A stretch of DNA of 58,705 nt, taken from positions 1 to 58,705 of the forward strand of contig JBKHIT010000028.1 in assembly GCA_046538485.1 (NCBI GenBank), in the 5' to 3' direction. The notes below the pieces were generated by a model that was not told the DNA's origin, did not search any database, and was given only the letters and a program-made list of their open reading frames with translations. This stretch comes from Candidatus Brocadiia bacterium. GTDB taxonomy: Bacteria > Planctomycetota > Brocadiia > SM23-32. The position numbers and the translations under genes are program-made. Numbering within the stretch: the stretch's first letter is position 1; each line of letters begins with the position of its first letter. Below are positions 30,498 through 41,420 of this stretch, in pieces.

Positions 30498-31334
30498 CTA
30501 CCATGTTGTTGTGTAACCTGCGGGAACCATATATCCATCCCCATGTGGAGTCATCTGACCGTAGTCGCATGCACCGTATAGGTGGGCAATGCAGCTCTCG
30601 GATCGAGGAAGGTACTCGACATGCCCGTCGAGCCAAAGAGTTTCTATCCCCTCCTGGAGGCCTTTCGGATGCCCGGAATTGTCATTCAGTGCGTTAGCAT
30701 TGGTGCAATACTTCGAGAGATAATCGCTCCGACACCCCATAACGAAGAAACCGGAAGGATTCTCAGGGCGAGGTGTGGGTTTCCCTTCAGGCAGAGCCAG
30801 GATATTGCCACTGTTAGGGCGCCAGCGTTCCCAGGGACTATGCATCCAACCGCTATATCTCTGATAGGGTCTTGGAAACTCCCATGCATTGGGATGATCC
30901 CGTAGCTTCGCAAGGTTAGAGCATTTCATTATTTCATACGGAGGATTCATATAATTCTCCATCATCGCATTTATACCCGGCAATGCACCGTTCGGCCAAT
31001 ACGTCGCGTCCGCGTTCAGACGGACATGATCGTAGAAACCACTGAAACCATCGGTCCGTCTTGCGCGCCAGTACACCGGGAAATCGTAATCAGACTGGTA
31101 CATGGTACCGAATGTCGCCACCTGGTGAAGACGCCCTGAGCAACTGGCAAGTCGTGCCGCTTCCCGCGCCGATTCCAGCGCCGGCATCAGCATCGCCGCG
31201 AGGATAGCGATGATGGCGATGACGACGAGGAGCTCAATCAGCGTAAATGCCGCTGATGAAACCCAGAAAAACGTTTCTATGTTCGAAGTCCGGTGACCTT
31301 GCCCCTTTTTCGTAAGTTTTTGTAATATTTCCAT
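30498..31334 (-). CDS. Prepilin N-terminal cleavage/methylation domain protein (DUF1559 / H-X9-DG type)
   Basis: [30 protein letters not shown]-terminal H...LWLDGHV. Confidence 0.9.
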   Translation of the reverse strand: MEILQKLTKKGQGHRTSNIETFFWVSSAAFTLIELLVVIAIIAILAAMLMPALESAREAARLASCSGRLHQVATFGTMYQSDYDFPVYWRARRTDGFSGFYDHVRLNADATYWPNGALPGINAMMENYMNPPYEIMKCSNLAKLRDHPNAWEFPRPYQRYSGWMHSPWERWRPNSGNILALPEGKPTPRPENPSGFFVMGCRSDYLSKYCTNANALNDNSGHPKGLQEGIETLWLDGHVEYLPRSESCIAHLYGACDYGQMTPHGDGYMVPAGYTTTW

Positions 31335-31423
31335 ACAATTTCTCCTCTATTCTGAAAAAGAGCACTTTTTGTATATGTCTGATCACCTACTCAAGCCTGG
31401 GTTTCCCGGGCAACCTGTTTGGC

Positions 31424-32313
31424 CTATCCACGTAAATTGTCCGCATAATTATGGAATTGATTTCCTCCGCCGCTTTCACTCGTATGTGTATCTGTACAGT
31501 CCCAATCTGCATTGCCCGGGAAAAACGGCCACTCGGAGTTGTGCATTTGGAGCGTCTCCCCACCGTAATATAGAATATTGTAGCCGCCTTTATGATACCC
31601 CTTTTGCACGGTGCCAGGCGAACTGGAGCTGTATTTGTAACAGTCCCAGAGAGCGGCGGGATGGTTAGAGGCGAGATAATCGATCCGTGTCTTGAAACGA
31701 TTTATCTCCCAGCCCCATCATCGACGCTCGGGTCGCGGTCATAGATTGTGCCCACAGACGGTGCGCCGAAAGCATAACGGTAATAATAGCTCGAAATGAT
31801 GTAGCCTGTGTCCGCATCGTTCCAGCCCCGACTGCTATGATCATGGCCGCCCCACTGTTTTTGGTTGAAACTCGGGCAGTAATATAACCAGGGGGTTTCC
31901 ACATATCCTGCGTTCCAGAGGTGACGTATTCCGGCCGGGCGGCCAACGTACGCCATCCAGACGCCGCATCTGTTGTCGCAGACCCGAGCGTAGTAATTTT
32001 GCCATGCGTCCCAGGCGCGGGCCGGATTGTAGACCGAGCCGTAGCCCTGAGGAACTTCGCTGTTAAAATCATTGGCATAGAGGTGAATGCTTGTGCCGAA
32101 CTGCCTCAATTGACTCATACATGCGATCATCCGTGCCTGGTCCCGCGCCGACTGCAGCGCCGGCATCAGCATGGCCGCCAGAATGGCGATGATGGCGATG
32201 ACGACGAGGAGCTCTATCAGGGTGAATGCCGCTGATGCATCCGAGAAAAATATCGTTGTCCCCGAACCCACGTGCCTACGTGACTTTTTCTCTGTCTTCC
32301 CTGGCATTTGCAT
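31424..32313 (-). pseudogene. DUF1559-type prepilin gene with a single-base frameshift
   Basis: ORF stops at 31702; adding one G to the GGGG run (31716-31713) reads on as [20 protein letters not shown] (H-X9-DG variant)..NLRG* ending at 31424. Confidence 0.85.
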
Positions 32314-32372
32314 ATATCCTCCCCTTTATCACAAAGAAAGAACAACTTATTGTGTATATCTGAGCGCGTATT

Positions 32373-34724
32373 CTAACGCTCGATAAATTTTATCGGGCCG
32401 AACGAGTTTTGATTGTGGCTCGGTGCGCCTTTGGTCACGTTGTAGCCCTGATATTCCCGGTTTTTCCTGTCAGTCACGCGGTGGCGGGTGAAATTGCCGT
32501 GCCATTCCACGCCCGTCGCCGGCCGCACCCCATCTTTGAAAATGGCATAAGGTATATAAATCTCAACCGTCCAGTGGTTTTTCCCGATCTGCGTACCGGT
32601 TTTTACACCCCGCGGATCCCATGAGGTATCCTCCCGTCCGATGCTGTCATACAACGCACCGTTCGCATTGACGATGAACTGGTAATAACCTTTTCTCTGT
32701 CCCGAAGGATCGAGAAAGATCTCCACGTTATCGTTCCACCAGATCAGCGATGCGTCGCGGCTGTCTTTGCCGATATCGTGTTTCAGATTTTCCATGTCGG
32801 GTTCGGTCATTCGGAATCCGAACGTGATGCCGTCCCGGGTCCAAACGCCCCTGACCTGCGTTGGGAACTCGGGTTTGGTTTTACCTTTGACTTTAACAAA
32901 GTGGCCGGCAGGAACGTTTTCCCAGGCTTTTTCATCAAGTTTTCCGTCGATCGTGGGATTTTCGGCCGCCTGGTAAACCTTCAGTGGTTTGATCCCTTCA
33001 CCTTCGGTCACGAGTTTCGATTCGGCGAAGAATGCTCTGAGGTGCGGGGAATAATAATCGAGGCGGCGGGTCACCAGTTTGTTGCCTTCGGCCTCTTTGT
33101 AGGCTGTCTCCAGCAATTGTTTGATCTTCAGGACGTCTTGCCGCGGATAACTTTGCTCGTAGATCGTTTTAGGGGAGAGGACGTGGGGCGACCACTCGGT
33201 GTTTTCCCATCCATCGATCAGCATACCTACCAGTTCTCGCATTGTTTCGGAAGCTGGTCCGTACATGCGCTCGCAGTACTGTTCCACAATTGCATCGACA
33301 TCGACATCCGGATCCCAGAGCACTTTGAGCCAGACGTAGAGCGAGAGATGTTGACGGGGCCAGTGGTCTTTGACGCCGTTGATGAATGTGCCAACGGTTT
33401 TGTCAAGATTGTCCTGATAGTAGCTTTTGATGGTATGGGGGAAGAGGTAGGCCGCTTTGGTGCGGTTGGCGGGCCAGCATGAATAATGCCAGTTCTGGAT
33501 TTTGTTCCCCGTCAGCCGGACCCAATCATCGACATTTTGCTGCATGCGAGCGCGGATGACTTTGTCTTTGTACTGGGCGAGCCCCGGCATACCGCAGATC
33601 TGAATCTGGACGTTGTCCGGAAATTCAACACCTTCGGGCGCAAGGGTGTAGTTTTTATAGGTGAGGAAAATCACCGTCATATCGGGCCACTGTTTTTTCA
33701 CGTGTCGGCCCAGTTCGGCTACGAAACTCCCGAGGATTTTGCTTGCGGTGCCGTAATGGCCGCCGTTTTTATCCCAGAGTTTCCGGCAGTGCTTGCAACG
33801 GCATGAGACCGCAATGTCGGCCGGCGAGACCGTGATGGCTTTCCCCTTGATGATGCGGCGTCCCTGAGCAAGTCGTTCACCGGCTTTGAGTTTCTTACGC
33901 TGGTATTCGATTTCTTCGAGATATGTTTCCAGGGTATGTGGATGGCCGTAGCAGAGCATGCTGTAATCCCGTTTTCCGTCTTTTCGGAGCTGGAAAATCT
34001 CGGGCCGGGACTCTTTGTATTGTCTGGCCCAGTTGTGCGGCGCGTGAACGATCAGATCGATGGGCCATGAGTTGCCACAGCGGAGCCGGTGGTCGTGGGC
34101 TGACATGACGGCTTCGCCAATGCGAGGTCCGCCGGAGGGCCAGCGGGTGCGCTTGCGAAATGCCGGAGCGTCGTAGAGGTTGACAGGCGGCACGGTGATG
34201 GTCTTGGTTTTGATGACCGAAACACCGCTTCGTCCGAATTCATCGCGGTAGTCGGGCCAGTACCACCGGACGCCCACGTAGCGTTCGAGGAACTCGTAAG
34301 CTCCCCAGCTTGTGCCGTCGCCGTTGCCGACGATGTGGATGCGGTCAGAAGCGGTTTTGATGGCAAAACCTTCGATCGGCATTTTTTCACCGGCCAGTCC
34401 TGCTTTTTTCGCGGCCGGGCAATCGCCCAGGACGATGGCGGGAGCCTCCAGTTTCTCCCAGAGGATCGGCAGTTTGGCCCCTGTTGTCATTTCGATCGAT
34501 TTCTGCATCTCCCGCGCGACTCTCCGCATGGCGCGGTTTTTGCCTGTCATGATACAGATATTGGCGAGAGGTTTCCCATTCTCCACGATTTTTATGGGTT
34601 GGTGGGACGGAATTTTCTTGAACGTAACGGGGTTCAGATCCGGAGCTTCAGCAGTAGCCGCCGCACAGGCGGTGCTGATAATAGCCCATACGCAAAGAGC
34701 GAGCGAAAATCTTTGGAACTGCAT
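32373..34724 (-). CDS. Secreted DUF4838 domain protein with C-terminal CBM9-like sugar-binding domain
   Basis: Signal peptide; GTSWGAYEFLERYVGVRWYWP, CRCKHC, LWDPDVD and PTIDGKLDEKAW..DNVEIFLDP motifs. Confidence 0.85.
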   Translation of the reverse strand: MQFQRFSLALCVWAIISTACAAATAEAPDLNPVTFKKIPSHQPIKIVENGKPLANICIMTGKNRAMRRVAREMQKSIEMTTGAKLPILWEKLEAPAIVLGDCPAAKKAGLAGEKMPIEGFAIKTASDRIHIVGNGDGTSWGAYEFLERYVGVRWYWPDYRDEFGRSGVSVIKTKTITVPPVNLYDAPAFRKRTRWPSGGPRIGEAVMSAHDHRLRCGNSWPIDLIVHAPHNWARQYKESRPEIFQLRKDGKRDYSMLCYGHPHTLETYLEEIEYQRKKLKAGERLAQGRRIIKGKAITVSPADIAVSCRCKHCRKLWDKNGGHYGTASKILGSFVAELGRHVKKQWPDMTVIFLTYKNYTLAPEGVEFPDNVQIQICGMPGLAQYKDKVIRARMQQNVDDWVRLTGNKIQNWHYSCWPANRTKAAYLFPHTIKSYYQDNLDKTVGTFINGVKDHWPRQHLSLYVWLKVLWDPDVDVDAIVEQYCERMYGPASETMRELVGMLIDGWENTEWSPHVLSPKTIYEQSYPRQDVLKIKQLLETAYKEAEGNKLVTRRLDYYSPHLRAFFAESKLVTEGEGIKPLKVYQAAENPTIDGKLDEKAWENVPAGHFVKVKGKTKPEFPTQVRGVWTRDGITFGFRMTEPDMENLKHDIGKDSRDASLIWWNDNVEIFLDPSGQRKGYYQFIVNANGALYDSIGREDTSWDPRGVKTGTQIGKNHWTVEIYIPYAIFKDGVRPATGVEWHGNFTRHRVTDRKNREYQGYNVTKGAPSHNQNSFGPIKFIER

Positions 34725-34805
34725 CGACGATCCTCCAATTGCACGAGGAGAGATTTTTTTTTGGAATAGTTCTTTCCTGTATTTTACCCTTTTTTCGCAA
34801 AATCT

Positions 34806-35786
34806 TCACTTAATCCGTCGTGTTGCTTTGGCCCAGAAAAGACTCAGTCGGTTCAGAGAAGCCCACCACCCATCGACCTGATGGGCTCCGCCCGCCATCC
34901 AGAGCAGTTCGGCATGCACGGAACTGAAACTCCGCGTGTGATCTTCCCACTGGTTCCATTCAACGTGGCCATCTTCCCAGAGCGAGTTCCCACCTTCGGG
35001 AGGGAGCGGATAACGCGTGGCTTCTGAGTGTGCATATTTGGCCTGGCCTCCGTTATGAGCGGCGATGACGTACCACAGTCCACCATACGCACGGGCCGTC
35101 ACCATGTCGCTGGCCAGAGGGATGACCCCCTTGGTGTCCCAGGTGCGTCCTCCCACGCCGTAGTACGAACCGTCATTGGCATCGGCGGCCCAGCCCGCAC
35201 GGGTTGGTTGGACGTAATCCCAGTTCCACGTGTCCGGGCCTTCGGGATTGTGGACGCGGCGGTAGAACGCCCTCTGGACCGTATGCTGGTCGAGGGACGG
35301 GTAAATATAACCGGCGGCCAGTTCCAAAGCGCTGTTGGTTGTCCGCGGATGCCAGCCGTCGGAATTCAATGGCGCGCCAGGGCCCACAGGAGGGTAGGGA
35401 GGTTGCGACTCCGCCTTGAGGTCCGGACACCACCTCACGTCGTCGTGCCAGAGACTGCGGTAATACTCGATAGCTCCCGACGTCAACTTGCCCTCTTTAG
35501 CTCGCTGGGGTCGCATGCGGAGACCGTAGTTAACGCCGTTTTGGTGGGCTGCGAAGACGGGCATCCAGTCGGTGTTTTCGTTCATGTACATGGCATTGCC
35601 CAGGCCAATCTGGCGCAGATTGCCGGCGCAGGTGGCCCGACGCGCCGCCTCGCGTGCGCTTTCCAGAGCCGGCATCAGCATCGCGGCGAGAATGGCGATG
35701 ATCGCGACGACGACGAGCAGTTCGATCAGCGTGAACGCCTGCCGTTGATGTCCATGGTATTCTGAACAATGGATTTTTATACTCAT
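34806..35786 (-). CDS. DUF1559-type prepilin protein
   Basis: [48 protein letters not shown] overlaps the GntR stop (ATGA). Confidence 0.9.
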   Translation of the reverse strand: MSIKIHCSEYHGHQRQAFTLIELLVVVAIIAILAAMLMPALESAREAARRATCAGNLRQIGLGNAMYMNENTDWMPVFAAHQNGVNYGLRMRPQRAKEGKLTSGAIEYYRSLWHDDVRWCPDLKAESQPPYPPVGPGAPLNSDGWHPRTTNSALELAAGYIYPSLDQHTVQRAFYRRVHNPEGPDTWNWDYVQPTRAGWAADANDGSYYGVGGRTWDTKGVIPLASDMVTARAYGGLWYVIAAHNGGQAKYAHSEATRYPLPPEGGNSLWEDGHVEWNQWEDHTRSFSSVHAELLWMAGGAHQVDGWWASLNRLSLFWAKATRRIK

Positions 35787-36859
35787 GGGTTACCGGGTTC
35801 TGGTGGTTCCTGCAGACGCGGCTGGATCAGCGTGACGGTGTGCAGCGACCGGTTTTCCTCGATCATGCGATGCAAGAGCTGGATTGCGCCTTCTCCGATT
35901 TCGTATGAATCGACGACCATCCGGGCGACCGGGGCAGGGAGGAGGTTTTCACTTTCATTGGCGTGGGAGATGACCTCGCAGTGAGAAAAGAACTCCGGAT
36001 CGAGTTCGATCAGTTCAGCAAGACATCGATCCGCCAGCCGGTCGTCGTCGAACGCAACGAGATCGGGTTTCAGTTCGAGAATTCGTTCCGAGAATCCATC
36101 CGTTTCGGGTTCGACGGCCTGGTGGGCTCTCAGCACGTCGAGATCGATGTTTGCTTCCGATTTTCTTTGTTCCGAGGCCGCGCGAAAACCTTCGATCGTT
36201 TCGTATTGTGTAACGACAAAGACGAGGGCACGAACGCGTTTCGAAATCGCGTATTTGTATGTCAGATGGCCGAGAGAGGCGGCGTCGAGCAGGACCGAAG
36301 AGACATTTGGGGGAGGGCAGCGGGTGGACATCGATACCATGCGGAGGTTGGGACTGATCCGATGCAGTTCCCCGGCCATAGTTTCGTTGATCCAGGGCAT
36401 CAGAACGCCCTGAACCTTTGGGTCGGCGACCTAGTCGCAGAGCTGCTCGAAAGATTGTCCGCCCAGGCCGAATTCTGGACATCGGAAAACCTGGAGCCGG
36501 TATCCACACCGGTCACTTTCGTCGAGCACACCCTGAAGGCAGCGGACGAAGAAAGGATTTCCGTGAACGCACCAGGGATTGGCATAGATGATGGTTGTCG
36601 ATTTCTGCTGAGTCGCCCCCTCGCGTTCCGCAACAAAGGTACCTTTGCCCTGGATCTTTTCCAGATACCCTTCCCGGGCGAGCTGATCTGTGACCCGGCG
36701 GACTGTGCTGTAGCTGACGCCATATTGATCCGCGAGTTCCGGTTCGCTCATCAATTGGTCGTCGGGCCGCATCGATTCGATGCGAGCACGCAGAGCGCGG
36801 CGAAGCCCATCGGCTTTCGAGTCCCCCCTGATGGTGCCCGGTTGAAGCATCGGCGACAA
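35783..36859 (-). pseudogene. GntR wHTH + LacI-type effector-domain regulator interrupted by an in-frame TAG
   Basis: SEPELADQYGVSYSTVRR..GKGTFV; frame continues QLCD-TAG(36433-36431)-VADPKVQGVL-MPWIN.. into the 35783-36400 ORF with VDSYEIGEGAIQLL; alternative start 36850. Confidence 0.85.
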
Positions 36860-37127
36860 TATCCTGCAAAGGTCTGCTCAAATACTGTTGGTATTATATT
36901 CGATAAAAGAACACAATGCAAGCAGCAATTTGCACTGCGGGTCGTTTTTGGGTTAAGGGGGGGGATTTGGCTGGAATGGCCGTTCAGGCACACCGACTAT
37001 CCATGAGCGCGAAACCACCCGGCTCCGAGGGCGGGGCATCCATCTCGGTGTTCTCCGCCATGGGGGTAGGTTGAAGCACGATGATCCCCACGGCAAGGGT
37101 GGGGTATTATCTGCTGCCGGAAACGCA

Positions 37128-37173
37128 GGCTCGAGTTCAGCTGAGCCATAGCGAAGCGGGACTTGAGGCGGAC
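37128..37173 (+). repeat. REP family F unit
   Basis: GGCTCGAGTTCAGCTGAGCC..GGACTTGAGGCGGAC. Confidence 0.8.
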
Positions 37174-37225
37174 AGACGTTGGAAAATGGCAACACGCGGA
37201 AACATTGACCGGGGCAGATTAAAGC

Positions 37226-38008
37226 TTACGGCGAGCTGACATAGCCTTCGTCAGCGTCCCAGCCGTAGCCTTTCATGTTGAACGCAATTTCCCCTGCAGT
37301 GAATTCTTGATATATTCGGTCAACATCGCCCATGTTGCGCACATGTCCGTCGAGGAAGGAATAATTGGTGGAGTTGCCGGGATGCGGGAAAATGCCGACT
37401 CTCGGGATCCATCGCCATCCGAGTCTGCCCCATCGACCGGAACCCGGTCCGGCCTGACCACCCATCATGATGATCCCGGCGGGGTTCCCCCAGAATCGGA
37501 GTCTCGGTCCCCCCGTGGGGTAGACGTCCAGTTGGTGCCAGCCAAATTGCACGCTGAGAGTGAAGTTGTAAACCCGCCATGAATCGATGTGCGCCATACG
37601 GATATAGGGTTCCCGATTCCCATAAATCACCTGGGAATGGGAACCGGGAACGAAATGGTGTCCGGGACACAGGAACATATTGACGTCCGAATCGTTATGG
37701 CTGTTCCACATACCGGCGCTGTTGTAGTAGTTATCCTGTCCTGGATCGATGTACGGTCCTATCTGCCCGAGAAAATCCATGCCCATGGTGCTTCGGACGG
37801 GATAGAATCCTCCATAATCGTTCCGATAAAAGGAAATGGCTGTTACAAATTGACGCTGCCGGCTGATGCAACTGACACTTTGAGCCGATTTCCGGGCCTG
37901 TTCCAGTGCTGGCATCAGCATTGCAGCGAGAATCGCAATAACCGCTATGACGACGAGCAGTTCTATCAGGGTGAACCCAGGGATTCGATGCGTTTTTTCC
38001 TGAACCAT
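37226..38008 (-). CDS. DUF1559-type prepilin protein
   Basis: [44 protein letters not shown]; start at MVQEK behind GAGAGGA. Confidence 0.9.
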   Translation of the reverse strand: MVQEKTHRIPGFTLIELLVVIAVIAILAAMLMPALEQARKSAQSVSCISRQRQFVTAISFYRNDYGGFYPVRSTMGMDFLGQIGPYIDPGQDNYYNSAGMWNSHNDSDVNMFLCPGHHFVPGSHSQVIYGNREPYIRMAHIDSWRVYNFTLSVQFGWHQLDVYPTGGPRLRFWGNPAGIIMMGGQAGPGSGRWGRLGWRWIPRVGIFPHPGNSTNYSFLDGHVRNMGDVDRIYQEFTAGEIAFNMKGYGWDADEGYVSSP

Positions 38009-38267
38009 CAATTTCCTCTCTGAAAAGTCGGTCTTTATCCACACCTGAATACAAAAACATTCTTTCGCGCGAGATTAAATAACCAAATCGCACTCAACAA
38101 AGGTCTAATTATTAATGTACAGTACAACTGGGAGGGGGGAAAGCAAAATTTTCCGTGCATTGATTCCGGCTTTGCGGAAAGTTAGAATTCTGGTGGCCTT
38201 TACCGACGAAGTTGAGACAGCGTTTGGAAGAAAAATAACAGTATTTCTCCGAGGGAAAGGAGCAATT

Positions 38268-38819
38268 ATGTGGCGCCGACACTTATACCCCTTGATCTTT
38301 CTCTGTACTGCGTTTTTTTTCGTTTCCGGTTGCGCTCTAACGCGGGCTTTATGGCCCCAGAAGGATATGGTTCGTTCCAGGACAGCTGGCAAGCCCGGCG
38401 GCTCAATTGTGCTTGTAGCCTCGCGCAAAAGCAAATTCAAGGTAGAGCTGGCGGATAAAATACGCCAATCGCTGCTTTCCCGTGGAATCACACAAGAAAC
38501 GGTCGGCGTCGAAGACCTTAAAACGGTGAATGGAGCGGATTACGACGCGGTTGTCATAATCAGCACATGCATTGCCTGGGGATTGGACGGACACGTAAAG
38601 AAGTTTCTCAAGCACCAGGCCAATCAAGATAACATCATTCTCGTGACAACTTCAGCCACCGGGAACTGGGAACCCGGGAAGATTGCGAAAGATGTTGACG
38701 CGATAACTGCAGCTTCGAGAAAAAAAGATTTCGACACCCTGGTCGAGAATGTGCTGTCCCAAATTGATTCGCGCGTAGACGGCGGGGAGGGACATGGCGC
38801 GAAAGACAACACAAAATGA
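38268..38819 (+). CDS. Putative lipoprotein with flavodoxin-like fold
   Basis: AAGGAG RBS; lipobox VSGC; YDAVVIIST alpha/beta pattern. Confidence 0.7.
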   Translation: MWRRHLYPLIFLCTAFFFVSGCALTRALWPQKDMVRSRTAGKPGGSIVLVASRKSKFKVELADKIRQSLLSRGITQETVGVEDLKTVNGADYDAVVIISTCIAWGLDGHVKKFLKHQANQDNIILVTTSATGNWEPGKIAKDVDAITAASRKKDFDTLVENVLSQIDSRVDGGEGHGAKDNTK

Positions 38820-38948
38820 GCCGGCAGGGCGTTTCATAACGGATGCCAATCCCTGAGTGCAGAAAAGGTGCGGAGAACAGCAAGGGACAGCAGGGGCGGA
38901 AGGAACACATGACGCCGGGATTTTTCTGGTGAATGGTAGATGGAAGCT

Positions 38949-39974
38949 TCAATCTGCGAGGCTGTTGGCGTGCCAGGTCTGCGCGGCCTTTTGGGCGTAT
39001 TCTTTGAACAGGCGAAGGTAGATCCGGTAGTTCTCCAACGAGACGCCGGGAGGCGTCTGGTGATCAACGGAAGGGATGTACCCTCCGGATTGCATAACCG
39101 GCAATATACGTTCAAATTCCTGCCGCATCGCATCTTCATCCTTCGACATAACCATCTTGTCGTACCCGCCGAGCATCAGGAAATCCGGGTAGTTCTGCCG
39201 GATATCGACAATATCCACGCCGGCCTGTTTTTCCAGCGGATAGACGCCTTCTATGCCCGCCTCCTGCATCCAGGGGATCATTTTCGTGATATCCCCGTCA
39301 CTGTCGATCAGCACTTTCACGCCGGCATCCTTTATCTTTGGGATGACGCGCTGGTAGTAGGGGGTGAGGAATTCCTCGAACTGCTCCTGCGAGAGCATCG
39401 GGCCGTTGTTATAGGACATGTCCTCGGCGAAACCCACCATATCGGGTTTGAGAACGGGGAAAAGTTCGTCGACAACCCGGGCGTTAAACTCGGCCAGTTC
39501 GCGGTTCATACGGTGCATCAGCTCCGGTTCATCATAAAAGGCGTAGAGGTGGTTTTCGATCCCGAGGAGCTTGCGGGGAAACCAGAAATACCCATCGAGC
39601 CAGAGCCGCACTATAATTTCGCCCGTCTGATGTCTATCCTTGAGTTCGCGGGCCTGCCCGATTACGTTTTCGATGATCGAATTGGTGAAAAGATAGGGGC
39701 GGATCTCCTCGTAGGTCCGTCCCTCGCCGATAATTGGCGCCCCGTGCGATTTGGGTTGCGGACAGTCGCCGGATTGAGCGCGGGCGCTGATACAGATCAT
39801 GGGATCCAGGCCGAAGTATTCCTGCAATTCCACGTAACTTTTACCCTCCGGAAGACCCTGTTCCAGCCAGTTGTCGATTGTCTCATTCCACCAGGCCGCC
39901 CACTCGACCATCGGCAGACGATCGGAGGGTTCTACGAAATGCATCACGTCGAGGAATCGTTGTCGGGCGTTCAT
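38949..39974 (-). CDS. Uroporphyrinogen decarboxylase / MtaA-CmuA superfamily protein
   Basis: MNARQRF, AEDMSYNNGPMLS, IDSDGDI, GGYDK and GGYIPSVDH motifs. Confidence 0.88.
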   Translation of the reverse strand: MNARQRFLDVMHFVEPSDRLPMVEWAAWWNETIDNWLEQGLPEGKSYVELQEYFGLDPMICISARAQSGDCPQPKSHGAPIIGEGRTYEEIRPYLFTNSIIENVIGQARELKDRHQTGEIIVRLWLDGYFWFPRKLLGIENHLYAFYDEPELMHRMNRELAEFNARVVDELFPVLKPDMVGFAEDMSYNNGPMLSQEQFEEFLTPYYQRVIPKIKDAGVKVLIDSDGDITKMIPWMQEAGIEGVYPLEKQAGVDIVDIRQNYPDFLMLGGYDKMVMSKDEDAMRQEFERILPVMQSGGYIPSVDHQTPPGVSLENYRIYLRLFKEYAQKAAQTWHANSLAD

Positions 39975-40155
39975 TTTTGGTGATCCTTTGTGGAGCGGTT
40001 TTGTGCGTATTATGAGTCTTATGAGCCGTTCAGTTGTGGCGCTATGGTTTCTGCCGAATCCCCGAGATCCCTTAACTCCCTTATTGTACCCTGAAATGCC
40101 CGAATATGGCTTCCATGGTGTGTTTCATCTCCCGGCCTCTTTCCCAAAACCGTTT

Positions 40156-40875
40156 TCAGTTATAAACGCGTCTTTCAGATTCCAATCCGTGATCCTCGCC
40201 GCATAATTGCACTGCGAGCCAATTTGACATCCCGTTCATGTCGGCAGCTACCCGTATGCTGTAGGGATCGACGACGAATTGTTTTGCAGTGTTCTCACAA
40301 ACGAGTTTCAGGATATGGTCAAAGACAGACTGTGGGGGTAGATTGGCAGCCTTTCCCTTCAACGTAATATATTCTGCGCTTGCCTCTTTGAATATCGGTC
40401 TAAGGTGGTTCGCAGGGACCAGCAACAATCCGGCAAACAAATTGGATTGATACTCCATTCGTTTGTATTCGCGGTCTGTGATGAGTGAGCTTATCTGCTG
40501 GACGTACTCGTCGCTGTCTTCGAAGTTGAAAGCGTCCCACAAATCGCGGTGCAACATTAGGTGTGATACCTCGTGTGCGAGCGTGTAGCGATAAGTGTCT
40601 TCCATTTTTTCCGAGCATTCCTTGTCAATGTAAAGTGTCTCTTGGTCTGCTGCCAAATAATCAGATGCCCGCCCCACACTGTGGTAAAGCCCAGGTAGTG
40701 GCATGATATCCAGTTTTAGGTCTAAGTCGACGACCTCAACGATTGGATAATGATGGTCTGGATAGCCGTGTTTCTCCCGTTGCCTTTTGGCGAATTCCCG
40801 GTGCTCTTGCCGGAATTCGTTCACCGCCTGTTCAATTTGGGTTTCCTTCTTATACGGTACCAGCCCCGATCCCAT
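40156..40875 (-). CDS. ImmA/IrrE family Zn metallopeptidase
   Basis: RYTLAHEVSH (HExxH) and MEYQSNLFAGLLLVP; start coupled to the XRE stop. Confidence 0.9.
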   Translation of the reverse strand: MGSGLVPYKKETQIEQAVNEFRQEHREFAKRQREKHGYPDHHYPIVEVVDLDLKLDIMPLPGLYHSVGRASDYLAADQETLYIDKECSEKMEDTYRYTLAHEVSHLMLHRDLWDAFNFEDSDEYVQQISSLITDREYKRMEYQSNLFAGLLLVPANHLRPIFKEASAEYITLKGKAANLPPQSVFDHILKLVCENTAKQFVVDPYSIRVAADMNGMSNWLAVQLCGEDHGLESERRVYN

Positions 40876-40877
40876 TA

Positions 40878-41258
40878 CTAACTCCGCCGCACGAGTTCTA
40901 CCAGTTCTCTCAGTTCTTCTTCGGAGGGCCGTTCGCGGTTCAGTGTGCGGAAAACGACGGGCAATTTCGAGACTGCGTCTTTCTTGCTCATTACTTCGGG
41001 CGGTATTTTCCCGGCGCAGGCCGATGCCAGATAATGCATTCCTTTCCACTCTTCACTGTCCGGCTCCAGCCCCAACGCGCTGAGATACCTGTCGAGCGTT
41101 TCTCCCGTGGGTGGCACACGTCGCCCACGCTCCAGTTTGCTCATGTTCCCGTGGTCAAATCCGTGCTCCCGGCAGAATGCCCGAAGCGTCATGTCTTTTT
41201 TTATACGGTATTCCTTGAACTTTTTCCCGAAGTCTTCTGGGTACAGATTCTCGCTCAT
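40878..41258 (-). CDS. XRE-family helix-turn-helix regulator
   Basis: FGKKFKEYRIKKDMTLRAFC..GNMSKLERG; GGAG RBS. Confidence 0.9.
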   Translation of the reverse strand: MSENLYPEDFGKKFKEYRIKKDMTLRAFCREHGFDHGNMSKLERGRRVPPTGETLDRYLSALGLEPDSEEWKGMHYLASACAGKIPPEVMSKKDAVSKLPVVFRTLNRERPSEEELRELVELVRRS

Positions 41259-41420
41259 TGCTCCATCCTCCCTTCTCTGAGAAAAGCACATCGGAGCTGA
41301 CAGATTCAACTGCCTATATGGCCCACCGAATGCGAACGTCCCTTATACGTGGTAAAGGAAGGAACTGTGCGATTCCGTGGCCGTTTTGAAAATGTCAAAC
41401 CCCATCCGTTGCCAGTCGTC

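Noticed and set aside
36431..36433. Genome-wide TAG recoding
   Set aside because: TAG ends many intact genes here (for example 32373, 41719, 44331, 50336, 53185)
30498..38008. Diversity-generating retroelement acting on the DUF1559 genes
   Set aside because: No reverse transcriptase and no template/variable repeat pair with adenine-specific differences seen in the window
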